Notes: generated from the letters alone by a model not told the origin. 64,000 bases of DNA from an uncultured Rhodobacterales bacterium (GCA_964575795.1 CAZNSP010000014.1:22886-86885); one strand, 5' to 3'; numbered from the stretch's first letter, positions 1 to 10,651 are shown. Made by a program: numbers and translations.

Positions 1-527
1 CCGCCTCGGGCATAGCCACCGGAAAAGCCGTTCGTGGCCGCGAGATGGACGCGGTTCAGGCTCCAGCCCGCGCCGGCGCTGTCGATCTTGCTGACGCCGT
101 CGACGCCAAGGGCCGCCGCTTCGGCCGCCCGCGCCGCCTCCTGCAACGCCTCCGGTCCGGGCGGCGGTGCCGGGTCGAACAGTTCCAGCCCTGCGACGTC
201 CCACTCCCGGATCAACTGGTCGGGATCGGCGAGCCCGCAATACGGATCCTCGGGCGCCTCGCGGGCCATGGCGACCGCCCGCTCGGCCATCGCGGCGATG
301 GTCTCGTCGCGGGTGTCGCTGGACGAGACGCAGGCCTGCCGATGACCGATCAGCACGCGCAGGCCGATGTCCACGCCCTCGGCGCGCTCGGCATGCTCGA
401 GCTTGCCCTCGCGAACCTCGATCGACAGGCTGTCGCCCGCCACCGCGATCGCGTCTGCCGACTCGGCACCCGCCCTGCGCGCGGCATCCAGCAGCGCCCC
501 GGTCAGCCGCTCCAGGTCCTGTGCCAT
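1..527 (-). CDS. pmbA: TldD/PmbA family metalloprotease subunit (PmbA/TldE-like); 3' end runs off the window
   Basis: Manual translation from ATG at 527 (not in the ORF track): MAQDLERLTGALLDAARRAGAESADAIAVAGDSLSIEVREGKLEHAERAEGVDIGLRVLIG, the typical PmbA N-terminus; frame stays open to the window edge. Confidence 0.85.
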   Translation of the reverse strand, partial: MAQDLERLTGALLDAARRAGAESADAIAVAGDSLSIEVREGKLEHAERAEGVDIGLRVLIGHRQACVSSSDTRDETIAAMAERAVAMAREAPEDPYCGLADPDQLIREWDVAGLELFDPAPPPGPEALQEAARAAEAAALGVDGVSKIDSAGAGWSLNRVHLAATNGFSGGYARG

Positions 528-530
528 GTC

Positions 531-941
531 TCAGATCCCCCGTGCCAGCGCGTGGCCGATCAGCCCGAGGCTGCCCGCGAGCAGCACGAGCATCGTCAGG
601 CCCGCGCCCAGCCCACGCTGCCAGGCCGGTGCATCGGCCTGCACGAAATGCCAGCCATGGGCGAGCCGCCCGATCGTCAGGGCAATCCCGAAGAGATGGA
701 GCACCCAGCCCGGCGCCCCGACCGCCGCCATCAGGGTCAGGAGGACCAGGCAGAGCGGTACGTATTCCACGAAATTCGCCTGCCCCCGCATCGCCCGGAT
801 CATCGCGGGGTTGCCGCCGTCGCCCATCATCACGCGCTCCCGCATCCGCACGCGCCCCACGTTCACCGACAGCCACAGCAGGATCAGGCCGTTCAGCCCC
901 GCGTAGAGGGCAACGATCGGAAATGTCTCGACGGGGGTCAT
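531..941 (-). CDS. MAPEG family membrane protein
   Basis: C-terminal 136 aa of ORF 531..1463; start MTPVETF after GGAG; motif RAQANFVEYVP, then LHLFG...GRLAH; hydrophobic helices. Confidence 0.85.
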   Translation of the reverse strand: MTPVETFPIVALYAGLNGLILLWLSVNVGRVRMRERVMMGDGGNPAMIRAMRGQANFVEYVPLCLVLLTLMAAVGAPGWVLHLFGIALTIGRLAHGWHFVQADAPAWQRGLGAGLTMLVLLAGSLGLIGHALARGI

Positions 942-1119
942 GCGGGCTCCTTCGCGCGGTCGCGGCCGGGGCGCCGCTTGCCTGCGGTAACTAGGACGTC
1001 GGCGCGGGTGAAACAACCGCCGCGCACAGGCCGCCCTGCGCCGCGTTGTCCCTTGCCTTTCGGCGCGGCAGCGCCTTTGATCGGAACCTCGACACAGGCT
1101 TCGGCAAGGGATCAGGCAC

Positions 1120-1881
1120 ATGGCTTCGCTTTCGGGCAAGAGCGCGATCGTCACCGGCGCGAGCCGGGGAATCGGCGCCGCCACCGCGAGGGCGCTGGCC
1201 GCCGAAGGCGCGGCGGTGACGCTGCTCGCCCGCGGACGCGAGGCCGTCGAGGCGCTGGCGGCCGAACTGCGCAGGACCGGCGCGCAGGTCCAGGCGATGG
1301 CCTGTGACGTGGCGGATTTCGTCCAGGTCCAGACCGCCGTGAACGGCGCACGCAACGCCTTCGGCCGCGTCGACATCCTCATCAACAACGCCGCGGTGAT
1401 CGAGCCGATCGGCTCGCTGTCGTCCTCCGACCCGGTTGCCTGGGCACGCGCGATCGACATCAACGTGAAGGGCGTCTACCACGGCATGCGCGCGGTCCTT
1501 CCGGGGATGCGGGCGCAGGGGTCGGGGATCATCGTCAACATCGGCTCGGGGGCTGCCCACAACCCGCTGGAAGGGTGGAGCCAGTACTGCAGCTCCAAGG
1601 CGGCGACGGCGATGCTGACCCGCTGCGGCCATCTCGAGAACAAGGGCCGCGGCATCCGCGTCGTCAGCCTCTCGCCCGGCACGGTCGCCACCGACATGCA
1701 GCGCAAGATCCGTGCGAGCGGCATCAACCCGGTCAGCCAGATCGAATTCTCGGCCCATGCGCCGGTCGAGGCGCCCGCTAAGGCCGTCGTCTGGATTTGC
1801 GGACCGGACGCGGCTGAATTTGCCGGGCAGGAGGTCAGCCTGCGGGACCCCGCCATCCGGGCCCGGGTCGGTCTCGACTGA
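1120..1881 (+). CDS. SDR family oxidoreductase
   Basis: TGASRGIG Rossmann motif, NNAA, catalytic YCSSK (YxxxK). Confidence 0.92.
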   Translation: MASLSGKSAIVTGASRGIGAATARALAAEGAAVTLLARGREAVEALAAELRRTGAQVQAMACDVADFVQVQTAVNGARNAFGRVDILINNAAVIEPIGSLSSSDPVAWARAIDINVKGVYHGMRAVLPGMRAQGSGIIVNIGSGAAHNPLEGWSQYCSSKAATAMLTRCGHLENKGRGIRVVSLSPGTVATDMQRKIRASGINPVSQIEFSAHAPVEAPAKAVVWICGPDAAEFAGQEVSLRDPAIRARVGLD

Positions 1882-1887
1882 GGCCGG

Positions 1888-2523
1888 TCACTCCGCCGCC
1901 GTCAGCACGTCGACCACGTTCGCGCGGACTAGCTCCGCAGCGCCGGGATACCACATCGCATCGTGCGGCGTCGCCCTGACCGCGTCGAGGAAGGCTTCCG
2001 GCACCGCCCGGCGTCGAAAGGTGTCGAAGTCCTTTTCGAGTTCACGGGCGGGATCGCGCATCATGACCGCGAGCGGCCCGAGCATGGCATAGCGGTGGAA
2101 GCCGAGGCGGGCGCCCGGCGGGAGGTGGCGCTTCTGCCCGCTGACGAAGACCAGAGTGCAGACCGAGGTGCAGTCCCCCTCGGCCACGGTGTCGAGCCCG
2201 TGGCGCTCGATCAGCCGCGCCAGCCCGCGCGCTTCGGCAACCCGTCCGCCCGGGCTCTCGAGGCGGATCAGCCTTATGCCGGGGGAACCTTCCACGAGCT
2301 CGGTCATGCGCCGGGTCGCCCCGAAATCGATGACGCCGGCAAGCACGATGCTGCGGCCGTCGGCGGAGCGTTCGATCTGGTAGGGTTCCTGCGTCACGGG
2401 CATCTCGGCCCTGGCCGGCGCCCGGGTCCCGGCGATCACCAACGCAATCAGCGCGACAGCGCTCGCGACACCGATCGCGGCGAGCGCCAGACTGCCGACC
2501 GTCCCCGTCCTCAGTTGCGCCAT
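1888..2523 (-). CDS. Membrane-anchored periplasmic protein with ClpP/crotonase-like domain (COG3904-like); start uncertain (2523 or 2559)
   Basis: N-terminal hydrophobic segment; LESPGGRVAEA, CTSVCTLVF and RLGFH motifs. Confidence 0.6.
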   Translation of the reverse strand: MAQLRTGTVGSLALAAIGVASAVALIALVIAGTRAPARAEMPVTQEPYQIERSADGRSIVLAGVIDFGATRRMTELVEGSPGIRLIRLESPGGRVAEARGLARLIERHGLDTVAEGDCTSVCTLVFVSGQKRHLPPGARLGFHRYAMLGPLAVMMRDPARELEKDFDTFRRRAVPEAFLDAVRATPHDAMWYPGAAELVRANVVDVLTAAE

Positions 2524-2599
2524 AGGGATCCTCCGACGCCCGCGCCGTCCGATGCGCATGTCGATCCTACCACGCCTGCCCGCGAATGCCTGCGACGTT

Positions 2600-2899
2600 T
2601 CAGCGCCGCCGTCGTCGCGGTCCGGCGGTGCGCGCGTGGAAATGCGGCGGTCGCTCGGCGACCCAGGCGAGGAACCGCGCGATCCGCGGATCGGCCCGCA
2701 GCGCCTCGACGGTCGAACGGCCGCGCGCAAGTTCCGCCTCGGTGAAGGCCGCGTGCACCGCGTTGTGGCAGATCTGGTGCAACAGCACGGTGGGCCCGTG
2801 CGTCCCGCCCTTCAGCCGCGGCGTGAGGTGATGCCGGCTCTGCGGCGCGCCGGGCGGAATCGGCCGCAGACACAGCGGACAGACCGGGTCATCGCTCAC
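2600..2899 (-). CDS. Small HNH endonuclease family protein
   Basis: GTG start; CPLC...SRHHLTPRLKGG...LHQICHNAVH zinc/HNH signature; 99 aa. Confidence 0.8.
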   Translation of the reverse strand: MSDDPVCPLCLRPIPPGAPQSRHHLTPRLKGGTHGPTVLLHQICHNAVHAAFTEAELARGRSTVEALRADPRIARFLAWVAERPPHFHARTAGPRRRRR

Positions 2900-3065
2900 C
2901 GAAGCCCTCCCCCATCCGCTGTCGCCTGAAAGCCCGTACCGTCCGGCGCATGCATCCCTTTTCCATACCGGCCGCCCCGCGAATTCGCCAGCGCGCCCCG
3001 ACGCTACCCCTTGTCGCAGCACCGACCGCGCTTGCGGCCCGCGGCGGGTTCGGCGATGTGGGGAC

Positions 3066-4271
3066 ATGGAACGGGTGGATACACTGGTGATCGGCGGCGG
3101 ACCCGCGGGGCTGATGGCGGCCGAGACCATCGCCGCGCGCGGCCACCGGGTGCTGATCGCCGAGGCAAAGCCGTCGCTCGGCCGCAAGTTCCTGATGGCT
3201 GGCAAGTCCGGGCTGAACCTGACCAAGGACGAGCCACCCGACACGTTCGCCGCCGCCTATCCCGAAGGTGCAACCTGGCTCGCACCGATGCTCGCGGCCT
3301 TCGGGCCGGAGGCGGTCCGGGACTGGGCGCGCGGACTGGGCCAGGAAGTCTTCACCGGCTCCTCGGGACGCGTCTTTCCGGTGGCCATGAAGGCCTCGCC
3401 GCTCCTCCGCGCCTGGGCCCTGCGGCTGGCGGAACTCGGCGTGACGGTGCGCACGCGCTGGCGGTGGCAGGGCTGGCGCAACGGCGCGGCGGTCTTCGCG
3501 ACCCCCGAGGGTGAGGTGCTCGTGGACGCCGGCGCGACCGTGCTCGCACTCGGCGGCGGATCCTGGGCGCGGCTGGGATCGGACGCGGCCTGGGTCCCGA
3601 TCCTGCGCGATGCGGGGGTGGAGGTCGCAGCCTTCCGGCCCTCGAACGTCGGATTCGACCTGCACTGGACCGATCACATGGCCCGCCACTACGGCACACC
3701 CGTCAAGGCGGTGGCGCTGACCGCCGGCGGACGCCGGGTGACGGGCGAGTTCGTCATCACGCGCCACGGGATCGAGGGAGGGGCGGTCTATGCGCTTGCG
3801 CCTCTTCTCCGGGAGGGCGCCGCTCTGGTTCTCGACCTCGTCCCCGACCTCCCGGCCGACAGGATCGCGCAGCGGCTCGGCCGGCCCCGGGGCAAGGCCA
3901 GCCTGTCGAACCACTTCCGCAAGACGCTCGGCCTGCCGGCGGTGAAGCTCGCGCTCCTGCGGGAATTTGCGCCCGCCGCCCTCGCCGATCCCGCGGCCGC
4001 GGCCCGAGCCCTGAAGGCCCTGCCCGTGCCGCTGGCCGTGCCGCGCCCGATCGACGAGGCGATCTCGACGGCCGGCGGCGTGACGCGGGCGGCGCTCGAC
4101 GAGGCGCTGATGCTGCGCTCCCGCCCCGGTACGTTCTGCGCCGGCGAGATGCTCGACTGGGACGCGCCGACCGGCGGCTACCTCCTGACCGCCTGCCTCG
4201 CCACCGGTCGCTGGGCCGGAAAGGGCGCCGCCGACCGGCTCGAGACCGCAGGTGCGCCGGCGGGGCCCTGA
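3066..4271 (+). CDS. HI0933/BaiN-like NAD(P)/FAD-dependent flavoprotein
   Basis: GGGPAG FAD motif, GRKFLMAGKSGLNLT, GRVFP, TAGGV, GEMLDWDAPTGGYLL. Confidence 0.9.
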   Translation: MERVDTLVIGGGPAGLMAAETIAARGHRVLIAEAKPSLGRKFLMAGKSGLNLTKDEPPDTFAAAYPEGATWLAPMLAAFGPEAVRDWARGLGQEVFTGSSGRVFPVAMKASPLLRAWALRLAELGVTVRTRWRWQGWRNGAAVFATPEGEVLVDAGATVLALGGGSWARLGSDAAWVPILRDAGVEVAAFRPSNVGFDLHWTDHMARHYGTPVKAVALTAGGRRVTGEFVITRHGIEGGAVYALAPLLREGAALVLDLVPDLPADRIAQRLGRPRGKASLSNHFRKTLGLPAVKLALLREFAPAALADPAAAARALKALPVPLAVPRPIDEAISTAGGVTRAALDEALMLRSRPGTFCAGEMLDWDAPTGGYLLTACLATGRWAGKGAADRLETAGAPAGP

Positions 4272-4280
4272 GCGCCGCCG

Positions 4281-5303
4281 CTATCGCGGCGCCAGCATGG
4301 CGATGCGGATGAAGGTGCGCTCGACCATCGCCATGCTCGGCACCGGCCGCGACGACCGCAGGGCGAGATCGGTATCCATGATCATGCCGAGCGCGCGCTC
4401 CAGCCGCCCCTGACCCAGCCGCCGCACCTGAGCCGCCATCCGGTCGCGGCGCGGGCCGAAGACCGGCGGGCGGGCACGGCCCAGCGCCGCCTCGGGCGCC
4501 TCGCCGGACACGGCGGCAGCATGGAGCGTGCGGAAATGCCGCGCGGCCCCGATCATCAACCCGGTCGGGCTCGCGCCCTGCGCGGCCAGGCGCTGCATCT
4601 GGGCGCCGAGCGCGGCGGTCTCGCCCTCGGCCACCATGTGCAGCATCTCGTCGATATCCGCCTCGACCGAGAGCGGCGCGCAGGCCGCGACATCCGCCGG
4701 CGTCAGCGGCGCAGGATCGTCGCCCTTGTAGAGCGCGAGCTTCTCGACGAACTGCGCGAAGTCGCCCGGATCGACGGCACGCGCATGCGCGGTCAGCGCC
4801 GCCAGCGCATCCGGCGGCACGCGCGACAGGCCGGCGCGGGCAAGGGCGGCCTCGACCTCCGCCTGTCCGGGGGGATCGGCATGGACCGCCACCGCGAAGG
4901 CGTTCCGCGCCGCCTCGACCCCCTTGCGCAACCGCGACTTCGCCGCGAGCGCGCCCGCGGTCACGACGAGTTCCGCATCGCCCGACCGCCAGTCCGCGAA
5001 GGCGGCGAGAATCGTGTCCGCCTGGCCTTCGCCCGCGTCCTCGACCAGGACGACGCGGTGGCCCGGAAAGAAGCCGACCGCCTTCATCGCATCGACCAGC
5101 GCGGCGGGATCGCGGCGCAGATCGCCCCCCTGCAGCCGGGTCAGCCGCATCTCGCCCTCGCCGCCGGGTCCGATCAGCGCCGCCACCAGATCCCGGCGCA
5201 GGAGCGCGATCCGCATCGGGTCGGGACCGAACATCAGCACCCCCGCCCGGGCCGGGTCCGGACGCCCGAGGTCGCGCAACAGGTCCCGCGCCGCGAGCTT
5301 CAC
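4281..5303 (-). CDS. holA: DNA polymerase III subunit delta
   Basis: 340 aa; VLMFGPD, ELVVTAG, EKLALY motifs; conserved leuS-lptE-holA order. Confidence 0.9.
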   Translation of the reverse strand: MKLAARDLLRDLGRPDPARAGVLMFGPDPMRIALLRRDLVAALIGPGGEGEMRLTRLQGGDLRRDPAALVDAMKAVGFFPGHRVVLVEDAGEGQADTILAAFADWRSGDAELVVTAGALAAKSRLRKGVEAARNAFAVAVHADPPGQAEVEAALARAGLSRVPPDALAALTAHARAVDPGDFAQFVEKLALYKGDDPAPLTPADVAACAPLSVEADIDEMLHMVAEGETAALGAQMQRLAAQGASPTGLMIGAARHFRTLHAAAVSGEAPEAALGRARPPVFGPRRDRMAAQVRRLGQGRLERALGMIMDTDLALRSSRPVPSMAMVERTFIRIAMLAPR

Positions 5304-5809
5304 CCCGGCCAGTCCCCCGCCGTGACGGCCAGCCGCATGACGATCCGATCGGCGAGCGTCCGCGCGAGCCGCCGTTCCGCATCCTGCCGCGCGACCCGGC
5401 TCGCATAGGCGAAGGACGTGGTCGACACCGGCGCGGTATAGGCGGTCTGCTGGGTCAGGCGCTCTTCCAGCACCGCCGGACCCCCGCCGAGCGGGACCAG
5501 CCGCATGTCGGCGGTGGCGATCACGCTGTAGGTCACGATCTCGCTCTGCTGGGTGATGCCCGATTCGACCTCGCGCAGCGTCAGATCCACCGTCAGCCGA
5601 TGGCTCGGTGCATCCGGCACGCCCAGCCGCTCGGTCAGACGCTCGCGCATCACGAAGCCCGCGTCACCGTCGATCGTCGCCACCTCCACACGGCCGACCA
5701 TCTCGCCCGCCGGCGACCCGGTGCCGTAGAGCGGCTCGAAGCCGCAGCCCGCCAGCAGCGGCAGCGCCGCGAGCAGGCCGAGCGCCCGGCGGCGCTCAGA
5801 CGACCACAT
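5300..5809 (-). CDS. lptE: LPS assembly lipoprotein LptE
   Basis: Lipobox LAGC followed by GFEPLYG; lies between leuS and holA, overlapping both. Confidence 0.85.
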   Translation of the reverse strand: MWSSERRRALGLLAALPLLAGCGFEPLYGTGSPAGEMVGRVEVATIDGDAGFVMRERLTERLGVPDAPSHRLTVDLTLREVESGITQQSEIVTYSVIATADMRLVPLGGGPAVLEERLTQQTAYTAPVSTTSFAYASRVARQDAERRLARTLADRIVMRLAVTAGDWPG

Positions 5810-8393
5810 TGACGATCCGGCCCGGCACCACGATCAGCTTGCGCGGTGTCGCACCGTCGAGCGCCCGCAGCACCGTGCCGTCCGAAAGGACCGCGGCCTC
5901 GATCGCGGGACCGTCGGCATCGGCGGGTACGACGATCTCGGCCCGCCGCTTGCCGTTGACCTGCACCGGCAGCGTGATCGTGGCCGCGCGCAGATACTCC
6001 GGATCCGGCTCGGGCCACGGCGCCTCGACCAGCAGACCCTCACCCCCGACCAGCGCCCAGATCTCCTCGGCCAGATGCGGCGTCATCGGCTGCATGAGCT
6101 GCGCGAGCGTGCGCACAGCGAACCGGCGGGCCGCCGCCACACCGGGCCCGTCGGCCCCGGCCTTCGCGAGCACGTTGGTGAATTCGTAGAGCTTCGCGAT
6201 CGCCTTGTTGAAGGCGAAACCCTCGATCCCGTCGCTCACGTCGCGGATCGCCCGGTGTGTCGCCTGCAGGAGCGCCCGCGCCGCCTCCCCCTGCCCTTCC
6301 GCGGCGGAGGGATGCGCGGCGGCGGCTGCGGCGGTCTCGGATGCCGTCTCCACCGCGATCCGCCAGACCCGCTGCAGGTGCCGCGACGCTGCCTCCGCGC
6401 CCGCCGCCGTCCATTCGACGTCGCGCTCGGGCGGGCTGTCGGACATCACGAACCAGCGCGCGGTATCGGCCCCGTACTGCGCCACGATCGCGTCCGGGTC
6501 GACCACGTTCTTCTTGGACTTCGACATCTTGATCGAAGGCCCGATCTCGACCCGGGTCCCGTCCGCCAGCCGTGCCCCCGCCTCGTCGCGGATCACCGCG
6601 GCGGGCTCGTGCCAGACCGGCCGGCCAGCCGCGTCGCGCGTGCTGTAGGTCTCGTGCGTCACCATGCCCTGGGTGAAGAGCGCATCGAACGGCTCGATGG
6701 CGCTTGCCGGCAGATGCCCGGTGCGCTGCATCGCGCGGGCGAAGAACCGCGAATAGAGCAGGTGCAGGATCGCGTGCTCGACGCCGCCGATGTACTGGTC
6801 GACGTTCATCCAGTAGCCGACCTCGGCCGGGTCCGTCGGCGTCGCGGCATGGGGCGCGGTGAAGCGCGCGAAATACCACGACGAATCGACGAAGGTGTCC
6901 ATCGTGTCGGTCTCGCGCCGCGCCGCGCCGCCGCATGCGGGACAGGTGGTGCGCGCCCAGCTCGGATGCCGCTCCAGCGGGTTGCCGGGCCGGTCGAAGG
7001 TGACGTCCTCGGGCAGGCGCACCGGCAGGTTCTCGCGCCGCTCCGGCACCACGCCGCAGGTCTCGCAATGCACCACCGGGATCGGGCAGCCCCAGTAACG
7101 CTGCCGGCTGATCCCCCAGTCACGCAGCCGGAACTTCGTCACCCCCCGCCCGATGCCGAGCGCCTCGCAATGGGCGACGGCGGCGGCCACCGCCTCGTCC
7201 CCGGTCATCACCTGCCCGCCCGCGAAGCCGCGCACATAGGTGACCGGCTGGCTCTTCGGCGGCACGAAGGCCTCGTCCGTCACGTCCGGAGCGTCTGCGC
7301 CCGCCTTGAAGACGTCGATCACCGGCAGGCCGTACTTCCGCACGAAGTCGAGGTCGCGCTGGTCGTGCGCCGGACAGCCGAAGATCGCGCCCGTGCCGTA
7401 GTCCATCAGGATGAAGTTGGCGATCCAGACCGGCAGCTCCCAGTCGGGGGCGAGCGGATGGCGCACGCGGATGCCGGTGTCGATCCCGCGCTTCTCGGCG
7501 GTCTCGAGCTCCTCCTCCGAGGTCCCCATGCGCCGGCATTCCGCGACGAACGCAGCCACCCGCGGGTCGCCTTCCAGTGCCTTCGCCAGCGGATGGTCGG
7601 GCGAGATCGCGGCGAAACTCGCACCCATCAGCGTGTCGGGCCGGGTGGTATAGACCTCCAGCCGTTCGAAACCCTCGGGCGCGCCCACCGTCTCGAAACC
7701 GAACTGCAGGCCCTGGCTCTTGCCGATCCAGTTCTTCTGCATCAGCCGGACCTTCTCGGGCCAGGCCGGCAACCCGTCGATCGCGGCCAGAAGCTCCTCG
7801 GCCATGTCCGAGATGCGGAAGAACCACTGGGTCAGCTCGCGCCGCTCGACCGGGGCGCCCGACCGCCAGCCCTTGCCGTCGATCACCTGCTCGTTGGCGA
7901 GCACGGTCATGTCCACCGGGTCCCAGTTCACCACTGCGGCCTTCCGGTAGACCAGCCCCGCGTCCAGCATGTCGAGGAACAGCCGCTGCTGCTGGCCGTA
8001 ATACTCCGGGTCGCAGGTCGCGAACTCGCGGCTCCAGTCGATGGAATAGCCGAAGGGCTTCATCTGCGCCCGCATCTGGGCGATGTTCTCGTAGGTCCAG
8101 GACCCCGGATGCACGCCGCGCTCGATCGCGGCATTCTCCGCCGGCATGCCGAAGGCGTCCCAGCCCATCGGATGCAGCACGTTGAAGCCCCGCGCCTTGC
8201 GCCAGCGCGCGACCACGTCGCCCATGGTGTAGTTGCGCACATGCCCCATGTGGATGCGCCCCGACGGATAGGGGAACATCTCCAGCACATAGTACTTCGG
8301 CCGGGACGGATCGTGCTCGGCACGGAACGCGCCCGCGTCCTCCCAGGCCTTCTGCCACTTTCCCTCGATCTCGCGGGCGTCGTAGCGCGACAT
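5796..8393 (-). CDS. leuS: Leucine--tRNA ligase
   Basis: [12 protein letters not shown] (HIGH), KMSKS, editing domain, 865 aa. Confidence 0.98.
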   Translation of the reverse strand: MSRYDAREIEGKWQKAWEDAGAFRAEHDPSRPKYYVLEMFPYPSGRIHMGHVRNYTMGDVVARWRKARGFNVLHPMGWDAFGMPAENAAIERGVHPGSWTYENIAQMRAQMKPFGYSIDWSREFATCDPEYYGQQQRLFLDMLDAGLVYRKAAVVNWDPVDMTVLANEQVIDGKGWRSGAPVERRELTQWFFRISDMAEELLAAIDGLPAWPEKVRLMQKNWIGKSQGLQFGFETVGAPEGFERLEVYTTRPDTLMGASFAAISPDHPLAKALEGDPRVAAFVAECRRMGTSEEELETAEKRGIDTGIRVRHPLAPDWELPVWIANFILMDYGTGAIFGCPAHDQRDLDFVRKYGLPVIDVFKAGADAPDVTDEAFVPPKSQPVTYVRGFAGGQVMTGDEAVAAAVAHCEALGIGRGVTKFRLRDWGISRQRYWGCPIPVVHCETCGVVPERRENLPVRLPEDVTFDRPGNPLERHPSWARTTCPACGGAARRETDTMDTFVDSSWYFARFTAPHAATPTDPAEVGYWMNVDQYIGGVEHAILHLLYSRFFARAMQRTGHLPASAIEPFDALFTQGMVTHETYSTRDAAGRPVWHEPAAVIRDEAGARLADGTRVEIGPSIKMSKSKKNVVDPDAIVAQYGADTARWFVMSDSPPERDVEWTAAGAEAASRHLQRVWRIAVETASETAAAAAAHPSAAEGQGEAARALLQATHRAIRDVSDGIEGFAFNKAIAKLYEFTNVLAKAGADGPGVAAARRFAVRTLAQLMQPMTPHLAEEIWALVGGEGLLVEAPWPEPDPEYLRAATITLPVQVNGKRRAEIVVPADADGPAIEAAVLSDGTVLRALDGATPRKLIVVPGRIVNVVV

Positions 8394-8444
8394 GTCACCT
8401 TCCCCCGTGCGACGCGCCCGCGCCGCCCTTGTCCCGTTCGAAGT

Positions 8445-9023
8445 TCAGGACCCGCGCCGCGATCCGGCGATGCGCAGCTGCCGCGCGCGGGTCAGGATCG
8501 CGTCCTCGAGCCGCCGGTTGTCGGCCTCGGCGATGGGGACCGACCGCCCGCCCTGCTGGCGGAAGCCCGCGACCTTCAGCGAGGTCGCGTCGAGGTCGGG
8601 CGCGTTGATCAGCACCGTCACCCGGTACGGCGCGCCGCCGCCCCCGACCTGCCCCCAGTCGGTCACGATCAGCCCCGAGAAGGGATCGGCCCGCTCGATC
8701 GGCAGGAAGGACAGCACGTCGAGGCTCGCCGTCCAGAGATAGCGGTTCACGTTGATCTCGCGGCCCGGATCGGCGCTGCCGCGGAAGAGGTCGAGGAAGG
8801 TCTCCTCGGGAATGTCGAATTCCCGGTCCTGGCTCTCGATCGCCGCCTGCCGGTTGCGCTCGGCCGCCTCGGACCGCGCCACCGGATCGCCGGTGCCGGG
8901 GCCGCTGCCGATGCTACCGGGACCGCTCCCGATGCTCCCGGGGCCGCTGCCGATGCTGCCCTGACCGCATCCGGCCAGCGCCAGCGCGAGCGCCGCGATT
9001 CCCGCCAGATGATGCAGCTTCAT
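8445..9023 (-). CDS. DUF3576-like lipoprotein with GSIGSGP repeats
   Basis: Start MKLHHL; lipobox LAGC; VNRYLWTASLDVLSFLPI..DPFSGLIVTDW motif; usual position upstream of leuS. Confidence 0.8.
   Translation of the reverse strand: MKLHHLAGIAALALALAGCGQGSIGSGPGSIGSGPGSIGSGPGTGDPVARSEAAERNRQAAIESQDREFDIPEETFLDLFRGSADPGREINVNRYLWTASLDVLSFLPIERADPFSGLIVTDWGQVGGGGAPYRVTVLINAPDLDATSLKVAGFRQQGGRSVPIAEADNRRLEDAILTRARQLRIAGSRRGS
8896..8958. repeat. 3 x 21-bp imperfect tandem repeat encoding (GSIGSGP)3
   Basis: Units ccggggccgctgccgatgcta / ccgggaccgctcccgatgctc / ccggggccgctgccgatgctg. Confidence 0.9.
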
Positions 9024-9268
9024 TCGGGGCGCCCTTGCCGGTCCATCTCGATCCATGGTCTCTAAAGGCTGCTCCGCGCGCGGGCAAGTCCCGATTCCCC
9101 GAAGGCCCGCAAGGCCAGTGTGGCATAGCTGCATCAATTGCGCGGACAACGAAACCGGCGTCCTGCCATTCGCTTGACCGTGCACCGCCCCGTGATGGAT
9201 GAAAGATGCACTTGGTCCGGATGTCCCGGATTTGAGATGGGTTTCAAACCAGAAGAATGAGGAAAGCG

Positions 9269-10417
9269 ATGAAGAAGGTACTCTTCGCCTCGACCGCTCT
9301 CGCCGCGATGGCGATCGGCGGCGCGGCTTCGGCCCAGGGCATCACGCTGTTCGGCGACGCCCGTCTGGGTCTCGGCTACAACATCGACAACGCCGGAGCG
9401 CCCCTGCTCTTCGCAGAGGACGAGCAGATCGAACTGATCGCACCGGACGGCAATTCCATTTTTGTCGACGACCTGCGCGAAGACGGCGAAGTGCGCGCCG
9501 TTTCCCGCGTCCGTTTCGGCGTCCGCATGAGCGGCCAGACCAACTCGGGCATCACCTTCGGCGCGACGATCCGCGCGGACAACGCTTCGGGCGGCCAGGG
9601 CGGCGACGGCGTCAACTCCGGCATGCGGTCCGGCAGCGTCTTCGCCTCGGGCGCCTGGGGCACGATCACCATGGGCGACACCAACGGTGCCGACGAACAG
9701 CATGTCGGCGACGTGAACGGCACCGGCTCGCTGACCAACTTCGACGACCTGAACGAGACGCTCTACTTCACCAACGGCGGCCAGCTCAGCTCCGACTCCG
9801 GCCTGACTATCGCGCCGGGCAAGCGTCCGACCGTCCGCTACGACTACAACTTCGCGGGCTTCGGTCTGTCGGCCTCGACCGATCGTGACCTCGAGGACAT
9901 CGCCGTCGGCGGCAGCTACACCTTCGACTTCCAGGGCGGCAGCTTCGACATCGGTGCCGGCTGGGCGCAGGTCGACGGCCGTGGCGTCGTCAACGACATC
10001 GAGCAGTGGTCGGTCGGCCTCGGCGGCACCTTCGGCGACTTCAACGCGAAAATCCTCTACTCCGAAGCGAGCACGGACGGCGGTGGACCCGAGGGGCTTG
10101 AGGAAGCCGAGCTCAACCAGTGGGCCATCGGCGCTGGCTACAACATGAACGAGTGGAGCTTCAACGCCTACTACCGGGGCTATTTCGACGCGACGGGAAG
10201 CGCGGCAGGCTTCGACGACACCGAGAGCTACGGCATCGGCGTCGCCTACGACCTCGGCGGTGGCGCGGTTCTGGCCGGCGGTATTGCCAAGTCCTTCGGC
10301 AGCAGCGCGGTTGTATTCCAGTCGGGCGTCGACGGTGCAGGCGATCCGATCTACAGCGGCACGAACGAGCGCGAAGACGCCGTGCTCGCCGACTTCGGCA
10401 TCCGGATGAGCTTCTGA
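9269..10417 (+). CDS. Outer-membrane porin (Rhodobacter-type)
   Basis: Signal peptide MKKVLFASTAL..ASA; ITLFGDARLG, SRVRFGV, TVRYDY; C-terminal Phe (GIRMSF). Confidence 0.92.
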   Translation: MKKVLFASTALAAMAIGGAASAQGITLFGDARLGLGYNIDNAGAPLLFAEDEQIELIAPDGNSIFVDDLREDGEVRAVSRVRFGVRMSGQTNSGITFGATIRADNASGGQGGDGVNSGMRSGSVFASGAWGTITMGDTNGADEQHVGDVNGTGSLTNFDDLNETLYFTNGGQLSSDSGLTIAPGKRPTVRYDYNFAGFGLSASTDRDLEDIAVGGSYTFDFQGGSFDIGAGWAQVDGRGVVNDIEQWSVGLGGTFGDFNAKILYSEASTDGGGPEGLEEAELNQWAIGAGYNMNEWSFNAYYRGYFDATGSAAGFDDTESYGIGVAYDLGGGAVLAGGIAKSFGSSAVVFQSGVDGAGDPIYSGTNEREDAVLADFGIRMSF

Positions 10418-10444
10418 TAGTCCGAACAACGGACAGTGAGAGGG

Positions 10445-10473
10445 AAAGGCGGGCTTCGGCCCGCCTTTTTCTT
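10445..10473 (+). terminator. Rho-independent terminator of porin
   Basis: AAAGGCGGGC-TTCG-GCCCGCCTTT followed by TTCTTT. Confidence 0.9.
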
Positions 10474-10596
10474 TGCCGGAACGGCCGCCGCTGCCTTCGC
10501 CCGTTCGACTGCCGCCCCGACGACACGGCCTTTCCGTGCGTCCGGGCAGCCTGGCGTCTGACCGCACCGCAGGGCGCAAGAAAATGGGCCGGGCCG

Positions 10597-10620
10597 GCCC
10601 CCCTCGCTTCGGGGGCTTTT
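10597..10620 (+). terminator. Second terminator-like hairpin upstream of yggS
   Basis: GCCCCC-ctcgcttc-GGGGGC followed by TTTT. Confidence 0.45.
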
Positions 10621-10651
10621 CCCGGGCCGGCGGGGGCGCTAACAAGACCCC

